A stretch of 64,000 nt of DNA from a virus, in the IMG/VR virus record IMGVR_UViG_3300031673_000012, positions 1 through 64,000 of that record. One strand, written 5' to 3'. This document shows positions 1 to 8,791 of this stretch, one piece after another. The notes under the pieces were generated by a model. That model did not search any database. It had not been told where the DNA came from and saw only the letters and a program-made list of their open reading frames with translations. A program made the position numbers and the translations under genes. The stretch's first letter is position 1; every line of letters starts with the position of its first letter.

Positions 1-106
1 GCGTAATAAGGTGTCTGAAGAGGAGAGATTTATCCTGTTCTTCCCCTGATTCTTGATACTTTAAAGATAGGAATGTAGCTCCCTGAGGTCTTGGTTTTCT
101 GATCAT
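1..106 (-). CDS. 5' part of a gene running off the window (MIRKPRPQGATFLSLKYQ...)
   Basis: ATG at 104-106 after an A-rich leader; frame open to position 1. Confidence 0.55.
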   Translation of the reverse strand, partial: MIRKPRPQGATFLSLKYQESGEEQDKSLLFRHLIT

Positions 107-276
107 GATTGGTATTTTTTATTTATTTTATGAGTGGTGGTCTAGTAAAAGCAATGCTGGGAATTTAACTATAGAGATACTAAAAAGGTATAACTATTTG
201 GTAGTTAGATAGTTATGCTAGCAATTATAAGTAATTAGCACTAGAATATATTAGGTAAGAAATGCAGTAATACTAG

Positions 277-678
277 CTATTTTCTGAAATTCCCCTCGTT
301 TTTAGCTTTTAAACGATATTTTGAACTACATGTATTAATCCGTCTTTGAAGATTATGTAACTTTATCCTTTTCTTTTTCTGTTTTATACTGTAGTTCTTA
401 ACTCCCTCAATCCCCTTACTTTCCAATGAATAGAAGTGAGTTTTACATTTCTCTAACATCTCCAAATCATGGCCAGGTTTCTCTATCCTAAACTCTTTAG
501 TTATACCAACTTCTTCTAAAATGTCTTCCTGAAAAGATATCTTATCATATTTAAAATACACAAATCTCACATAATAACCATGTCCTAAAGTTAATATTTG
601 TTGTATAGATAACCCTTCAAATTTTCCTAGATCAAAGACTGATTTCCTAGCCATTGTCCTTAATCTGATAATATCCAT
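277..678 (-). CDS. hypothetical protein
   Basis: 133 aa ORF, tightly packed in the early-gene array. Confidence 0.75.
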   Translation of the reverse strand: MDIIRLRTMARKSVFDLGKFEGLSIQQILTLGHGYYVRFVYFKYDKISFQEDILEEVGITKEFRIEKPGHDLEMLEKCKTHFYSLESKGIEGVKNYSIKQKKKRIKLHNLQRRINTCSSKYRLKAKNEGNFRK

Positions 679-680
679 GA

Positions 681-908
681 TTAGAATCTTTTAGAGGTTA
701 AACGTCTTGGTGGTAGAGTATAATTCTTCTGTTTTTTACGGATAGCATAAAGGATTCTAAGAGCAGATTTAATCTCATTTCTCTCACGGATATCTAGTGG
801 GTTATTGTTTTTAGGTTTCTTTAACGCTGCTTCTAGTTCCTTAATTCTGGTAACTACCTTGTCAGGTTTACTATTAACTGTTAAAGATTTTGGTTCTTTT
901 GTTTTCAT
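681..908 (-). CDS. hypothetical basic protein
   Basis: 75 aa ORF with an ATGA overlap with the upstream gene. Confidence 0.7.
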   Translation of the reverse strand: MKTKEPKSLTVNSKPDKVVTRIKELEAALKKPKNNNPLDIRERNEIKSALRILYAIRKKQKNYTLPPRRLTSKRF

Positions 909-1096
909 GGTTTATCTGTTTTAGTGATTAGTCGGATTAACCATAACGGTACCCAAGCTTTATATTGAGGTTGTGGCAAATGATACCCCACATCCATTTT
1001 AGTATGGAAAAAGGCAAAAGTATTATCTAAATGTTTTACCGCTCCTTGTACAGTATCAAAGGATTCTTTTGTTCTGACAAAATAAGATTTTTTCAT
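905..1096 (-). CDS. hypothetical protein
   Basis: 63 aa ORF, translationally coupled. Confidence 0.65.
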   Translation of the reverse strand: MKKSYFVRTKESFDTVQGAVKHLDNTFAFFHTKMDVGYHLPQPQYKAWVPLWLIRLITKTDKP

Positions 1097-1101
1097 GATT
1101 T

Positions 1102-1290
1102 CTAGATTACAGATAATAATAGATTCCTGTCTTGCATTAATTCTTCGATTTCTGATTCGATTTCGTTTCTTTTAAAATCTCCTGCAGCCATTCGTTTGTA
1201 ATCATTAAGCAAACCCTTAAGACTAATGATCCTTTCGTTAAGGTCATTAATCTCTTTTTTAACTGAGTAATCAACTATAATTTTATTCAT
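1102..1290 (-). CDS. hypothetical coiled-coil protein
   Basis: 62 aa ORF, packed between neighbours. Confidence 0.65.
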   Translation of the reverse strand: MNKIIVDYSVKKEINDLNERIISLKGLLNDYKRMAAGDFKRNEIESEIEELMQDRNLLLSVI

Positions 1291-1292
1291 AA

Positions 1293-1571
1293 TTAAAATA
1301 ATGAGTCGTAACGAGCAATATCTGAATTATAATATTCAAGGATTTGGTCATCGATTTCCTTAAAAGCAATTTTACTTTTGTCCTTTGGCAAAGATTCTAA
1401 GAATTTAACAGCATTGTTAAATTTAATTTGCCAAGGCTTTACATAGTCAATTTGTGGTGGTAATGTATTAAAGATAACAATATCTTTAATCGCTTCCTTT
1501 ATACAATCGCAAGGAGTTTGGTTAATAATCCCTTCTCCATGGCATTTCGAGCAATTTCTGTTTATTTCCAT
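1293..1571 (-). CDS. hypothetical protein with N-terminal Zn finger (CSKCHGEG...PCDC, DnaJ-like CxxCxGxG)
   Basis: Cys motif in the translation. Confidence 0.7.
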   Translation of the reverse strand: MEINRNCSKCHGEGIINQTPCDCIKEAIKDIVIFNTLPPQIDYVKPWQIKFNNAVKFLESLPKDKSKIAFKEIDDQILEYYNSDIARYDSLF

Positions 1572-1576
1572 GATCG

Positions 1577-1789
1577 TTAATTATAATGGTTAAAGCTCCT
1601 GTTATCTGAAAATATCCCCACTAATTCTGTAGGTTCAAATGTTTTAACTTGTTCAATCCATGAAGCCCAAAGGTCTGCATGTTCAGGATTTTTCCAGTTA
1701 AAAATTTTCCGTAAATGATTATAGGCAAGAAATGATTGCCATGAATCGACCCTATTAATAGGTCCGTCAGGTAATTTTAAATGTAACAT
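1577..1789 (-). CDS. hypothetical protein
   Basis: 70 aa ORF. Confidence 0.65.
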   Translation of the reverse strand: MLHLKLPDGPINRVDSWQSFLAYNHLRKIFNWKNPEHADLWASWIEQVKTFEPTELVGIFSDNRSFNHYN

Positions 1790-1801
1790 AGTTCTGATTT
1801 T

Positions 1802-1894
1802 TTAAGAATAAAGACAGATAAAAACTACCATAATTACCAAAATTAAAACCCATAATGTTGATTCTGAAATTTGGATTGATTTCTGTGGTTTCAT
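1802..1894 (-). CDS. small single-TM peptide, paralogue B (MKPQKSIQISESTLWVLILVIMVVFICLYS)
   Basis: 30 aa ORF read manually; fills the gap; paralogous to 1906..2004. Confidence 0.7.
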   Translation of the reverse strand: MKPQKSIQISESTLWVLILVIMVVFICLYS

Positions 1895-1905
1895 AATTCC
1901 AATCT

Positions 1906-2004
1906 TTAAAGATAATAGCAGGTAATAGATACTACTACTACCAAGATTATGAATATGATCCATAATCTTGATTCTGAAACTTGAATTTGATTCTGTGTTT
2001 TCAT
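1906..2004 (-). CDS. small single-TM peptide, paralogue A (MKTQNQIQVSESRLWIIFIILVVVVSITCYYL)
   Basis: 32 aa ORF read manually; ATGA overlap with 2001..2285. Confidence 0.7.
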   Translation of the reverse strand: MKTQNQIQVSESRLWIIFIILVVVVSITCYYL

Positions 2005-2285
2005 GATTCTGATTTTTTAGTGATTATTGTGGTGGATTTTATTAATTCATCAAGTTTGTTCTTTATCAGTGCATGGAGAAAAATTTTGACTGGGTGCTGG
2101 GATATCGGAATTATGTTTTCATAATTGCATTTATGTTTGAATAATCTGTGGATATCCCGTTTTACCCAAGGATTGATTCCCAATTGATGCAATATTTTAT
2201 TTAGCCTTCTTTCTTGTTTTTGCATAAGGTATTTTTCCCAGTGGTGGATTCCTTTATCGGCGGTGGATACTTTAATCGAGGGCAT
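2001..2285 (-). CDS. hypothetical protein
   Basis: 94 aa ORF downstream of the repeated promoter motif. Confidence 0.7.
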   Translation of the reverse strand: MPSIKVSTADKGIHHWEKYLMQKQERRLNKILHQLGINPWVKRDIHRLFKHKCNYENIIPISQHPVKIFLHALIKNKLDELIKSTTIITKKSES

Positions 2286-2317
2286 AGTCTGAGTTTTTAA
2301 ATTTGCATATATAATTA

Positions 2318-2346
2318 ATAATATAAATATAATAAATATAGTAACC
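2318..2346 (-). promoter_or_regulatory. putative early promoter (minus strand GGTTACTATATTTATTATATTTATATTAT)
   Basis: The 23-mer ATAATATAAATATAATAAATATA is identical at 2318 and 4224; it contains a TAnnTTTA variant of the Bacteroidota -7 box. Confidence 0.6.
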
Positions 2347-2396
2347 TGATTTTTCCATCCGGATATTTTTTATTACCAAAAATAATTAATTAATAA

Positions 2397-2428
2397 AATA
2401 ACCCCCTCCCACCACAGAAGGGGTTATT
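2397..2428 (-). terminator. rho-independent terminator
   Basis: Stem AATAACCCC/GGGGTTATT followed by a T-run on the minus strand, in an intergenic region. Confidence 0.65.
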
Positions 2429-2614
2429 CACCCACATAGCTCGAACACTACACCATGAAACTTATATCTTGCAAGTAATATCAAAAGGTATATTCAAAGA
2501 GCAAGTTTTATTAAATTCTAGCAACTTTTAACATATCAATAATGAACTAGTTCTTTTGCATTTCAAATGCACTAGAACTATTCATGGGAATAAGTACTTA
2601 ATAGATAATCTATA

Positions 2615-2899
2615 TCATAATTCATTAAAATCATGAGTTACAGTTTCAATAGAAGGGCAAAAATCAAATTCATATATCTCACTAGTTTCTTCTATACATT
2701 CACATATCCCATTTTCAATATCTGCTGTATTAAGATTACCACAGAAAATTACATTATCTAATTTTAGAGCTTCTATTGAAAGGAATAATATATTTCCATT
2801 CCTTTCATCCGACGTATATCCGATTTCATCCAAACAATTAGCCAATATAATGGCTTCTGTATTTGTTTTACAAGTGATTTTAAAAGCTGGTGTTTTCAT
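2615..2899 (-). CDS. hypothetical acidic protein
   Basis: 94 aa ORF. Confidence 0.7.
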   Translation of the reverse strand: MKTPAFKITCKTNTEAIILANCLDEIGYTSDERNGNILFLSIEALKLDNVIFCGNLNTADIENGICECIEETSEIYEFDFCPSIETVTHDFNEL

Positions 2900-3042
2900 T
2901 GTGAGTGGGTTTGTTTATAATAATTTTCAAAAGAAATCTTACCTCTTACATAAGCACTCATCGCACTATTAATAGGTCTCTTATTACGATTATATTTTTT
3001 AGCACCTTTAGTTCTACCTGAACCTTCTTTCTTTGCAGCCAT
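2896..3042 (-). CDS. small basic hypothetical protein (MAAKKEGSGRTKGAKKYNRNKRP...)
   Basis: 48 aa ORF read manually; its TGA overlaps the ATG of the next gene. Confidence 0.7.
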   Translation of the reverse strand: MAAKKEGSGRTKGAKKYNRNKRPINSAMSAYVRGKISFENYYKQTHSQ

Positions 3043-3049
3043 TATTAAA

Positions 3050-3281
3050 CTATTTATTAATTAGTGAAAATGCCCACAAATTGTTTTCAGTAAGATGACA
3101 ATAACTATACAATCCATATTTTCAATGGGATTGATATTCTTTTATCATCTCTAACCCAAGTAGTTATTTTGCCGTAAACTTTCCACCTACGTGGAGTTCC
3201 ATCAGCATTTTTTGCATTCATTTCATAAAGAATGTCACCATGCTTGAGTTGTTTTGCTTCTTCAATTGTTATTGGTTTCAT
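3050..3281 (-). pseudogene. hypothetical phage protein with an apparent +1 frameshift at AAAA 3119-3122
   Basis: MKPITIEEAK...RWKVYGKITTWVRD...IPLK. Removing one A continues YGLYSYCHLTENNLWAFSLINK* to 3050, ending 7 nt before the next start. Confidence 0.5.
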
Positions 3282-3282
3282 A

Positions 3283-3606
3283 TCAAGTATGTATTTGCCA
3301 TCCATTTGTTGGCTCCAAACAAACTGAAAATGTTGGGGCACCTCCATCCCCACCTCGATCATGAATTCCGTGAAATATTATTCCACCATTTCCTTTGAAC
3401 AATCCCGTAAGTTCGTCATGTCTAGAAAAATAAAATGAATAAGGAGCAAAATCAATTGAAATATATGTTTGAATAGGTCTCCCATCTATTTTATATGTCT
3501 CTTCTGTTTTTTTCAGACGATTTAAACAGTTTTGAAGACTATTATCCTTAATTTCCTTTGCAAATTTAAGGGCTTCATCAAGTTTACCTTCTGTAAGATC
3601 TTTCAT
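3283..3606 (-). CDS. DUF4120-like protein (Bacteroidota mobile-element family)
   Basis: LQNCLNRL...DFAPYSF...GGIIFHG...GWQIHT signature. Confidence 0.75.
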   Translation of the reverse strand: MKDLTEGKLDEALKFAKEIKDNSLQNCLNRLKKTEETYKIDGRPIQTYISIDFAPYSFYFSRHDELTGLFKGNGGIIFHGIHDRGGDGGAPTFSVCLEPTNGWQIHT

Positions 3607-3612
3607 TACTTA

Positions 3613-3801
3613 TTATTTTAAATATTTATCCCCACCATAAATCATAGCTCTCAAATACAATCTTACATCATTAGCAATTTGAGCTTTAGTAATTTCTTTA
3701 GCTAATTGTTTTCTTAACTCAGGATCAGCAATTCCACTTTCAGCTCTTTCCCGATATCTTAAAACTCTATCTCCAAGAGTTTTTAAATTACCTATTTCCA
3801 T
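3613..3801 (-). CDS. hypothetical protein
   Basis: 62 aa ORF. Confidence 0.7.
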   Translation of the reverse strand: MEIGNLKTLGDRVLRYRERAESGIADPELRKQLAKEITKAQIANDVRLYLRAMIYGGDKYLK

Positions 3802-3813
3802 AGTTTTAAGTGT

Positions 3814-3839
3814 AAAAAGGGAGCCACCACCCGCTCCCT
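3814..3839 (-). terminator. rho-independent terminator
   Basis: AGGGAGC-8 nt loop-GCTCCCT then TTTT on the minus strand, downstream of 3895..4191. Confidence 0.7.
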
Positions 3840-3894
3840 AATTAATCCAAGTTATGAAAACAACCGGACCCTTTGTGGTGAAGGGCTTTAGTCC

Positions 3895-4191
3895 TTAGCA
3901 AAGATTCTCCTGCAAGTAAGTTGCTAATTCAATTTTGAGAACCCTACGTTCTTCTCCTTTCAGAGTAGCAATTTTTCTTTCCATCGTTCTGATGGTATTC
4001 CTGACTTTCTGACGGAAAGATTTCCTTTTGAGAACTTCTTTGCAATCTCTTGGGTACTTATATTTAAGAACCCTGTGCATGATTACTTTTTGAACTGTAA
4101 CCGTTTTGTTGGCTTGATCCAAACTCCCCTTTGTAGTAGGTTTTGTAACCTTCTTAATGGTAGTTTTGGCTTCTTCTCTCTTTTTTGTCAT
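3895..4191 (-). CDS. basic protein with KYxYP motif
   Basis: 98 aa; KYKYPRDC...FRQKVR. Confidence 0.8.
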   Translation of the reverse strand: MTKKREEAKTTIKKVTKPTTKGSLDQANKTVTVQKVIMHRVLKYKYPRDCKEVLKRKSFRQKVRNTIRTMERKIATLKGEERRVLKIELATYLQENLC

Positions 4192-4223
4192 AGCCTTTGA
4201 ATTTGAGTTGCATTATTAAATTT

Positions 4224-4246
4224 ATAATATAAATATAATAAATATA
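4224..4246 (-). promoter_or_regulatory. putative early promoter
   Basis: Exact copy of the 23-mer at 2318, upstream of the start at 4191. Confidence 0.6.
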
Positions 4247-4286
4247 ATGACCCCAATTAACAGAACCTGAAAGTTTTTTTACCCTT

Positions 4287-5042
4287 TTAGTTTAAAGCTG
4301 CAGTTCCATTTCCTTTACTTCCTATTCCCTTATTAATTGCCATACTCCTACCATCACGATATCCAAGAGATTCCCCAACTTGTGCACTTAATATTGTCCT
4401 AGCCCTTCCATTTTTTAAATTTGGAAAAAAGTGAGTTACTGCATCATATAATTTGATATCATTAGCTAATACTAAGGCGTTAATTTGCTTTGATTCCCCC
4501 ATAGCTCGAACTTTAGCTTCTTTTAACTGAATATCAATTCCATGGCAAGCACCCATAAGATAAGCTCTCCTAAAAGCATTTCGTTTTTCACCATAATATT
4601 TACCTTCACTATCCCAAGCTTTTATTTCAAGTCTTCTTAACCTATTATCTAATTGATCTGCCAGAAATTTAACTACTATAACATTATCCTTAGTACCAAT
4701 TAAATTCACATACATATTAAACTTATTATTAGTATCGCGAAATCTACTAAAGATAACATCACAAAGATTATGTTTAGCAAGAACATCATATAATCTATAA
4801 ATCCATTTACCCTCATTCTTCTTAGCATAAACATCTCTATAAATCGCTCTTCCTATTTTTTGTTCCCTATCTGGATCATAAGCAGAAATATCTGCCATTT
4901 CCAAATTGTACTTTAAAAGTAAGGTTTGAACTTTCTCTGCAGCATTAGCAGCTTCTTTAAGAGACCCAATTACTTCAGCCCCCTTTTGAAGGCTAAGGAG
5001 TTTTTGAACCTTCTCAATAATTGATTTTGTTTGTTCTGTCAT
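4287..5042 (-). CDS. DUF2786-domain protein
   Basis: N-terminal IIEKVQKLLSL...EAANAAEKVQTLLLKYNL; C-terminal RNAFRRAYLMG and GYRDG. Confidence 0.8.
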   Translation of the reverse strand: MTEQTKSIIEKVQKLLSLQKGAEVIGSLKEAANAAEKVQTLLLKYNLEMADISAYDPDREQKIGRAIYRDVYAKKNEGKWIYRLYDVLAKHNLCDVIFSRFRDTNNKFNMYVNLIGTKDNVIVVKFLADQLDNRLRRLEIKAWDSEGKYYGEKRNAFRRAYLMGACHGIDIQLKEAKVRAMGESKQINALVLANDIKLYDAVTHFFPNLKNGRARTILSAQVGESLGYRDGRSMAINKGIGSKGNGTAALN

Positions 5043-5045
5043 AGT

Positions 5046-5381
5046 TTAATCTTTATCATTTTCAAGATCATATTCTTCACCCCAATATGTATCCTCCAAA
5101 TAATTAGGTATCTTTTTTTCTAGATATCTTTGTAGTTCCTTTTCCGTTACTCCTCGTTTTTTATTACCATTAGCTCGAGGTTGTTGAAATACATAAACCC
5201 ATGTTTCAGAATCAAAATCATAAAACATGGGTTGCCCTGGATCAGGACTTGGTGGAATTTGTGTTGAAGTACTCGGAATTGGGTTTTTATTATAAGTTAA
5301 ACCAATCCAAAGTCCTAACAGTAAACTTATAATTACACCAATCAATATTTTTAAACCTATCCCTACTTTCTTCATAATCAA
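5046..5381 (-). CDS. hypothetical membrane protein
   Basis: N-terminal TM helix followed by a Pro-rich linker. Confidence 0.7.
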   Translation of the reverse strand: MIMKKVGIGLKILIGVIISLLLGLWIGLTYNKNPIPSTSTQIPPSPDPGQPMFYDFDSETWVYVFQQPRANGNKKRGVTEKELQRYLEKKIPNYLEDTYWGEEYDLENDKD

Positions 5382-6178
5382 TACTTCAATAGGTATCCTA
5401 ATACTTCTTGATCCATTTCATCTTTCTTGCTTTCTTTAGCTTTTAATTCCTCATTATGATTTAATTGGTAATTGAAAGCATTATATACTAACCAATCATT
5501 GGGTTTTATCCCAGGCATCTGAATAAGTTCTTTTTCCATTCTCTCTACCACATCCTCCTGAAGAGATATGGGAAACATGGTTTCTTCTACTACTTCCTCT
5601 ATTCTCATCATCCAATCGGAAACTGGTTGATCTTGGAGTTCCCTATAAGTTTCTGATATCTCAGATGATTCAGCAAGAAATTCAGAAGTCATTCCTAAAA
5701 CAGCTTCAAACGAAGTTTCTTTTCCCAATTTAGGAGTGTGCATTGAAACTATTTCTTTGGTATCCCCAACAGAAACTGTTAATCCATTTGAACAAATTTG
5801 ACGAAAAAATCCCATTTGAAAATGGTAACGAATTGACCCATCATAGGAATTAATTACCGTAATTCTAGGGAATATTGCATCTTTAGGATTAATAATTAAT
5901 GTTTTATCTCTTAATATAAAATCAATAAAAAATCGAGCCCATCTCTGAACCCTTATTTTTTTATCAACCTTAAAGAATCGAGATATTTCTTGTTCAAATG
6001 CAGGAACAATTACCGCATTTGGAACAAGGTAATAAAGGTCAGAGCAGTATTGCACTACTCTTTTAATCCCATCAGGTTTAGTAACCACAATAGCATGGCT
6101 TAACCCAGAAGGATGTTCAAATCCAGGAGATACTTCCTCGATAGGAACTTTCACTACAGGAAAGAAAATGTCTGTCAT
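5378..6178 (-). CDS. DUF932/DUF945-family phage/plasmid protein
   Basis: INSYDGS...GFFRQICSNGL signature. Confidence 0.8.
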   Translation of the reverse strand: MTDIFFPVVKVPIEEVSPGFEHPSGLSHAIVVTKPDGIKRVVQYCSDLYYLVPNAVIVPAFEQEISRFFKVDKKIRVQRWARFFIDFILRDKTLIINPKDAIFPRITVINSYDGSIRYHFQMGFFRQICSNGLTVSVGDTKEIVSMHTPKLGKETSFEAVLGMTSEFLAESSEISETYRELQDQPVSDWMMRIEEVVEETMFPISLQEDVVERMEKELIQMPGIKPNDWLVYNAFNYQLNHNEELKAKESKKDEMDQEVLGYLLKY

Positions 6179-6204
6179 AGTTTTTGATTTGATTTAATTA
6201 ATTA

Positions 6205-6242
6205 ATAATATAAATATAATTAAAAAATAAACACAAAGCAAA
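6205..6242 (-). promoter_or_regulatory. Bacteroidota-type promoter TTTG-N20-TATATTTA
   Basis: On +, caaa at 6239-6242 and taaatata at 6211-6218; upstream of the start at 6178. Confidence 0.65.
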
Positions 6243-6318
6243 CTTTTAAGGTACAATCTTAACAATCGAGGTAAAAATTCTTTTAAGTATTTAGGTATAA
6301 ATAGATCTATAAATAGAC

Positions 6319-6558
6319 CTATTCAGCACTTTGTATTGGATCGACTTTTTTATAATTAATTCGTGGATTTTTTCTAATCTTTTCCGCAAAATATTTACCT
6401 TTACTTTTAGCCTTAATCAAAAGATTCCAACCGGTTATTGTAATAGGCCAATATTGATATATACCGCCATTAGTAAATTTTATCTCAAGTGTCTGAGAAT
6501 CATAGTTGTAACCTATTTCAGAAATATTACTTGACCCCTCAATTTTTTGCCTATCCAT
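6319..6558 (-). CDS. KTSC-domain protein
   Basis: SSNISEIGYNYDSQTLEIKFTNGGIYQY...AKSKGKYF; likely start ATG at 6558. Confidence 0.85.
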   Translation of the reverse strand: MDRQKIEGSSNISEIGYNYDSQTLEIKFTNGGIYQYWPITITGWNLLIKAKSKGKYFAEKIRKNPRINYKKVDPIQSAE

Positions 6559-6562
6559 AACT

Positions 6563-6940
6563 TTATTGTTTATTATATAATTCATTTGAAAAATCCCAGA
6601 TATATAATTTGTTCCATAAATTATAATAAGCTTTAGGATATCTATCCTGCCACTTATGAGCAAAATTGAAAAGAATGTATCTAAAGATTATCATATCTAA
6701 TTCATCAAAAGTAAAAAGTCTTTCTGGTTCTTTTTCTATTTCTCTGAACTTTTTAATAGTTTTTATTAATTCGATATCAAAATCCTTTCTGTCCAATCCC
6801 AATTCCATAAGTATATCTTCATATCTGTCTCCATCCACATCACTTCCCAAATCTACTTGGATTAAAATATCTTCCAAAGATTTAAATTGGATAGAACAAA
6901 TTTCCCTTATGATAATTTTCTGAGCATCAGTTAATAACAT
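6563..6940 (-). CDS. hypothetical protein
   Basis: 125 aa ORF. Confidence 0.75.
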   Translation of the reverse strand: MLLTDAQKIIIREICSIQFKSLEDILIQVDLGSDVDGDRYEDILMELGLDRKDFDIELIKTIKKFREIEKEPERLFTFDELDMIIFRYILFNFAHKWQDRYPKAYYNLWNKLYIWDFSNELYNKQ

Positions 6941-6977
6941 ATTTTTAAATTATAATACATTTTCCAAATTAAAAATT

Positions 6978-7013
6978 AAAATATCCCCCTATATTAACAT
7001 AGAGGGATATTTT
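6978..7013 (-). terminator. rho-independent terminator (possibly bidirectional)
   Basis: AAAATATCCC-CTAT...ATAG-GGGATATTTT inverted repeat after 7028..7450. Confidence 0.7.
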
Positions 7014-7027
7014 ATCAACCAGGATCG

Positions 7028-7450
7028 TTAGTCCTCTTCTTCCTCCTCGGATGCAGTTTTCTTTACTACTTTCTTTTTAGTAGATTTCTCAGCTTTCGGA
7101 TTTTTTTCCTCGGTCCCTTTCTTTGCCTCCCGACGCATTTTGGCACGATACTTTTTCTTGTCTTTGTCGGTTATGCAATCTGCAGGATACACATACTTGG
7201 TAGTACGTTCCTTATGAGGCTTGAGTTCCTTAGCATTTTCTTTTGCTGTTTCAAAAGCTTCACGGGCTTTTTCAATAGCAACTTCTTTCTTTTCCAAAGA
7301 TGCCTGAAGTTTTGGATCTTCAATCGGTTTGTTTCTTTTTACCTTGTTTTCCCTTTTAAATTCTCTGAGATCTTCTTTCAGAGCGGCAAGGTTTTCTTTA
7401 GCAGCATCTAACTGCAGAAGAGCTTCTTCGTAACTTTTTGGTTTTGACAT
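7028..7450 (-). CDS. highly charged coiled-coil protein with KYxYP motif
   Basis: 140 aa; KYVYPADC...YRAKMRR. Confidence 0.8.
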   Translation of the reverse strand: MSKPKSYEEALLQLDAAKENLAALKEDLREFKRENKVKRNKPIEDPKLQASLEKKEVAIEKAREAFETAKENAKELKPHKERTTKYVYPADCITDKDKKKYRAKMRREAKKGTEEKNPKAEKSTKKKVVKKTASEEEEED

Positions 7451-7523
7451 AGCATTAAAATTTAATTAAATTAAAGAACTGAATTTATATGGAATAGTAG
7501 ATTTCTCTACTAATCATTTCAAT

Positions 7524-7895
7524 TTAACTAGTTGTTATAATTATACCCGGTCTGATAAAAGTAATAGAATAATGTATAACATTTTTTACATGTAATTTTA
7601 CTAATGCAGATGCTTCTGTTTCTGTTATATTAATAAAATACAAATTAAATCTCTCTTGAACCAAGATTCTGGGATTCCTTATATGTGGTCTGGATCTTTT
7701 TCCTTGTACATGACAAATGTTCCCAAGCGTCCCGATTTCCTTAGCTTTTCTTTTAAGACCATCAAGTTTATTTATCAATTGTAATTTCCTTTTTTGATAA
7801 ATTTCCCCTTTAATCTGTTCAACATATTCCGAGTCCAAAGTTATTAATTCTTGTTGAACTATTTCATACTGTTGTACAATTTCAAAATACTTCAT
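7524..7895 (-). CDS. hypothetical protein
   Basis: 123 aa ORF. Confidence 0.7.
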   Translation of the reverse strand: MKYFEIVQQYEIVQQELITLDSEYVEQIKGEIYQKRKLQLINKLDGLKRKAKEIGTLGNICHVQGKRSRPHIRNPRILVQERFNLYFINITETEASALVKLHVKNVIHYSITFIRPGIIITTS

Positions 7896-8566
7896 AATAG
7901 CATTCTTTTATGGCAAAATTTAGTACTAATAGCATGGTAATATTCATGAACATCAGTATTATAGTTCTTATAATCTAATTTAAATTGTTCTTTAATTACA
8001 TTCTCTAACCAAAGAGTATATCCTAAATCAGGTACTAGTATTTTCTTTATAAAACTATATATTGTATCTCTTTGAATTTCAAGTAATTGACTAGCATAAG
8101 CTTTAACTTCTATATAATTTTGCCCTTTCGGCAACTTCTCTAAATCTATTTCATAAGAACATGAATTATTCCATTTATTTTTGATATGGGTTTCGTATGT
8201 AAAATGTCCCTTGAAAAAATAATTAGCAATATACATCCATAATTCCATATTTTCCTGTACCCCTATTACCCATAATCCCTTATAAATATCAAAAGGATCC
8301 TGAGTTATGAGATTTCTCCACATAAGTTTAACTTTACAAAGTTTTGCAAATATAAATAATATATTATAATAATCCTCTCTTAAAGGCCTATCATAAGGCA
8401 ATATCCATAGAGAATATTTGATTTCTGTTTTTGATGATAATTTCTTATAACTATTCTTATAAAATATCTTTACTGACTGGATAAATTTATGAGTAAATTT
8501 ATCGTCATAACATTCAGTGGGTTGAAAAAATTTAGTATATTTATTTAAATTTTTCATATAATGCAA
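7892..8566 (-). CDS. hypothetical protein (true start probably ATG at 8557)
   Basis: About 220 aa ORF; a TATATTTG -7 box overlaps the TTG start given in the track. Confidence 0.7.
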   Translation of the reverse strand: MHYMKNLNKYTKFFQPTECYDDKFTHKFIQSVKIFYKNSYKKLSSKTEIKYSLWILPYDRPLREDYYNILFIFAKLCKVKLMWRNLITQDPFDIYKGLWVIGVQENMELWMYIANYFFKGHFTYETHIKNKWNNSCSYEIDLEKLPKGQNYIEVKAYASQLLEIQRDTIYSFIKKILVPDLGYTLWLENVIKEQFKLDYKNYNTDVHEYYHAISTKFCHKRMLL

Positions 8567-8610
8567 ATATAATATAAATAGTAACCCGATAAAGGGAATC
8601 CAGAAAATAT

Positions 8611-8787
8611 TTATATCTGTATTGTCTCCAGATTATCCTGATTATCCTCTTTTCGTTTAGATTGCTCTTCCCTGATTTTATCAATTAGGATACTTAATTC
8701 ACTGTTGTTTAAATCAGTAACCAGAGCAAGAATCTGATTTATCTTGCCCTGGTCAAACTTAAAACCAGAATCTGCTTTTATTGACAT
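8611..8787 (-). CDS. small helical hypothetical protein (MSIKADSGFKFDQGKINQILALVTDLNNSELSILIDKIREEQSKRK...)
   Basis: 58 aa ORF read manually; fills the gap. Confidence 0.65.
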   Translation of the reverse strand: MSIKADSGFKFDQGKINQILALVTDLNNSELSILIDKIREEQSKRKEDNQDNLETIQI

Positions 8788-8791
8788 GAGA

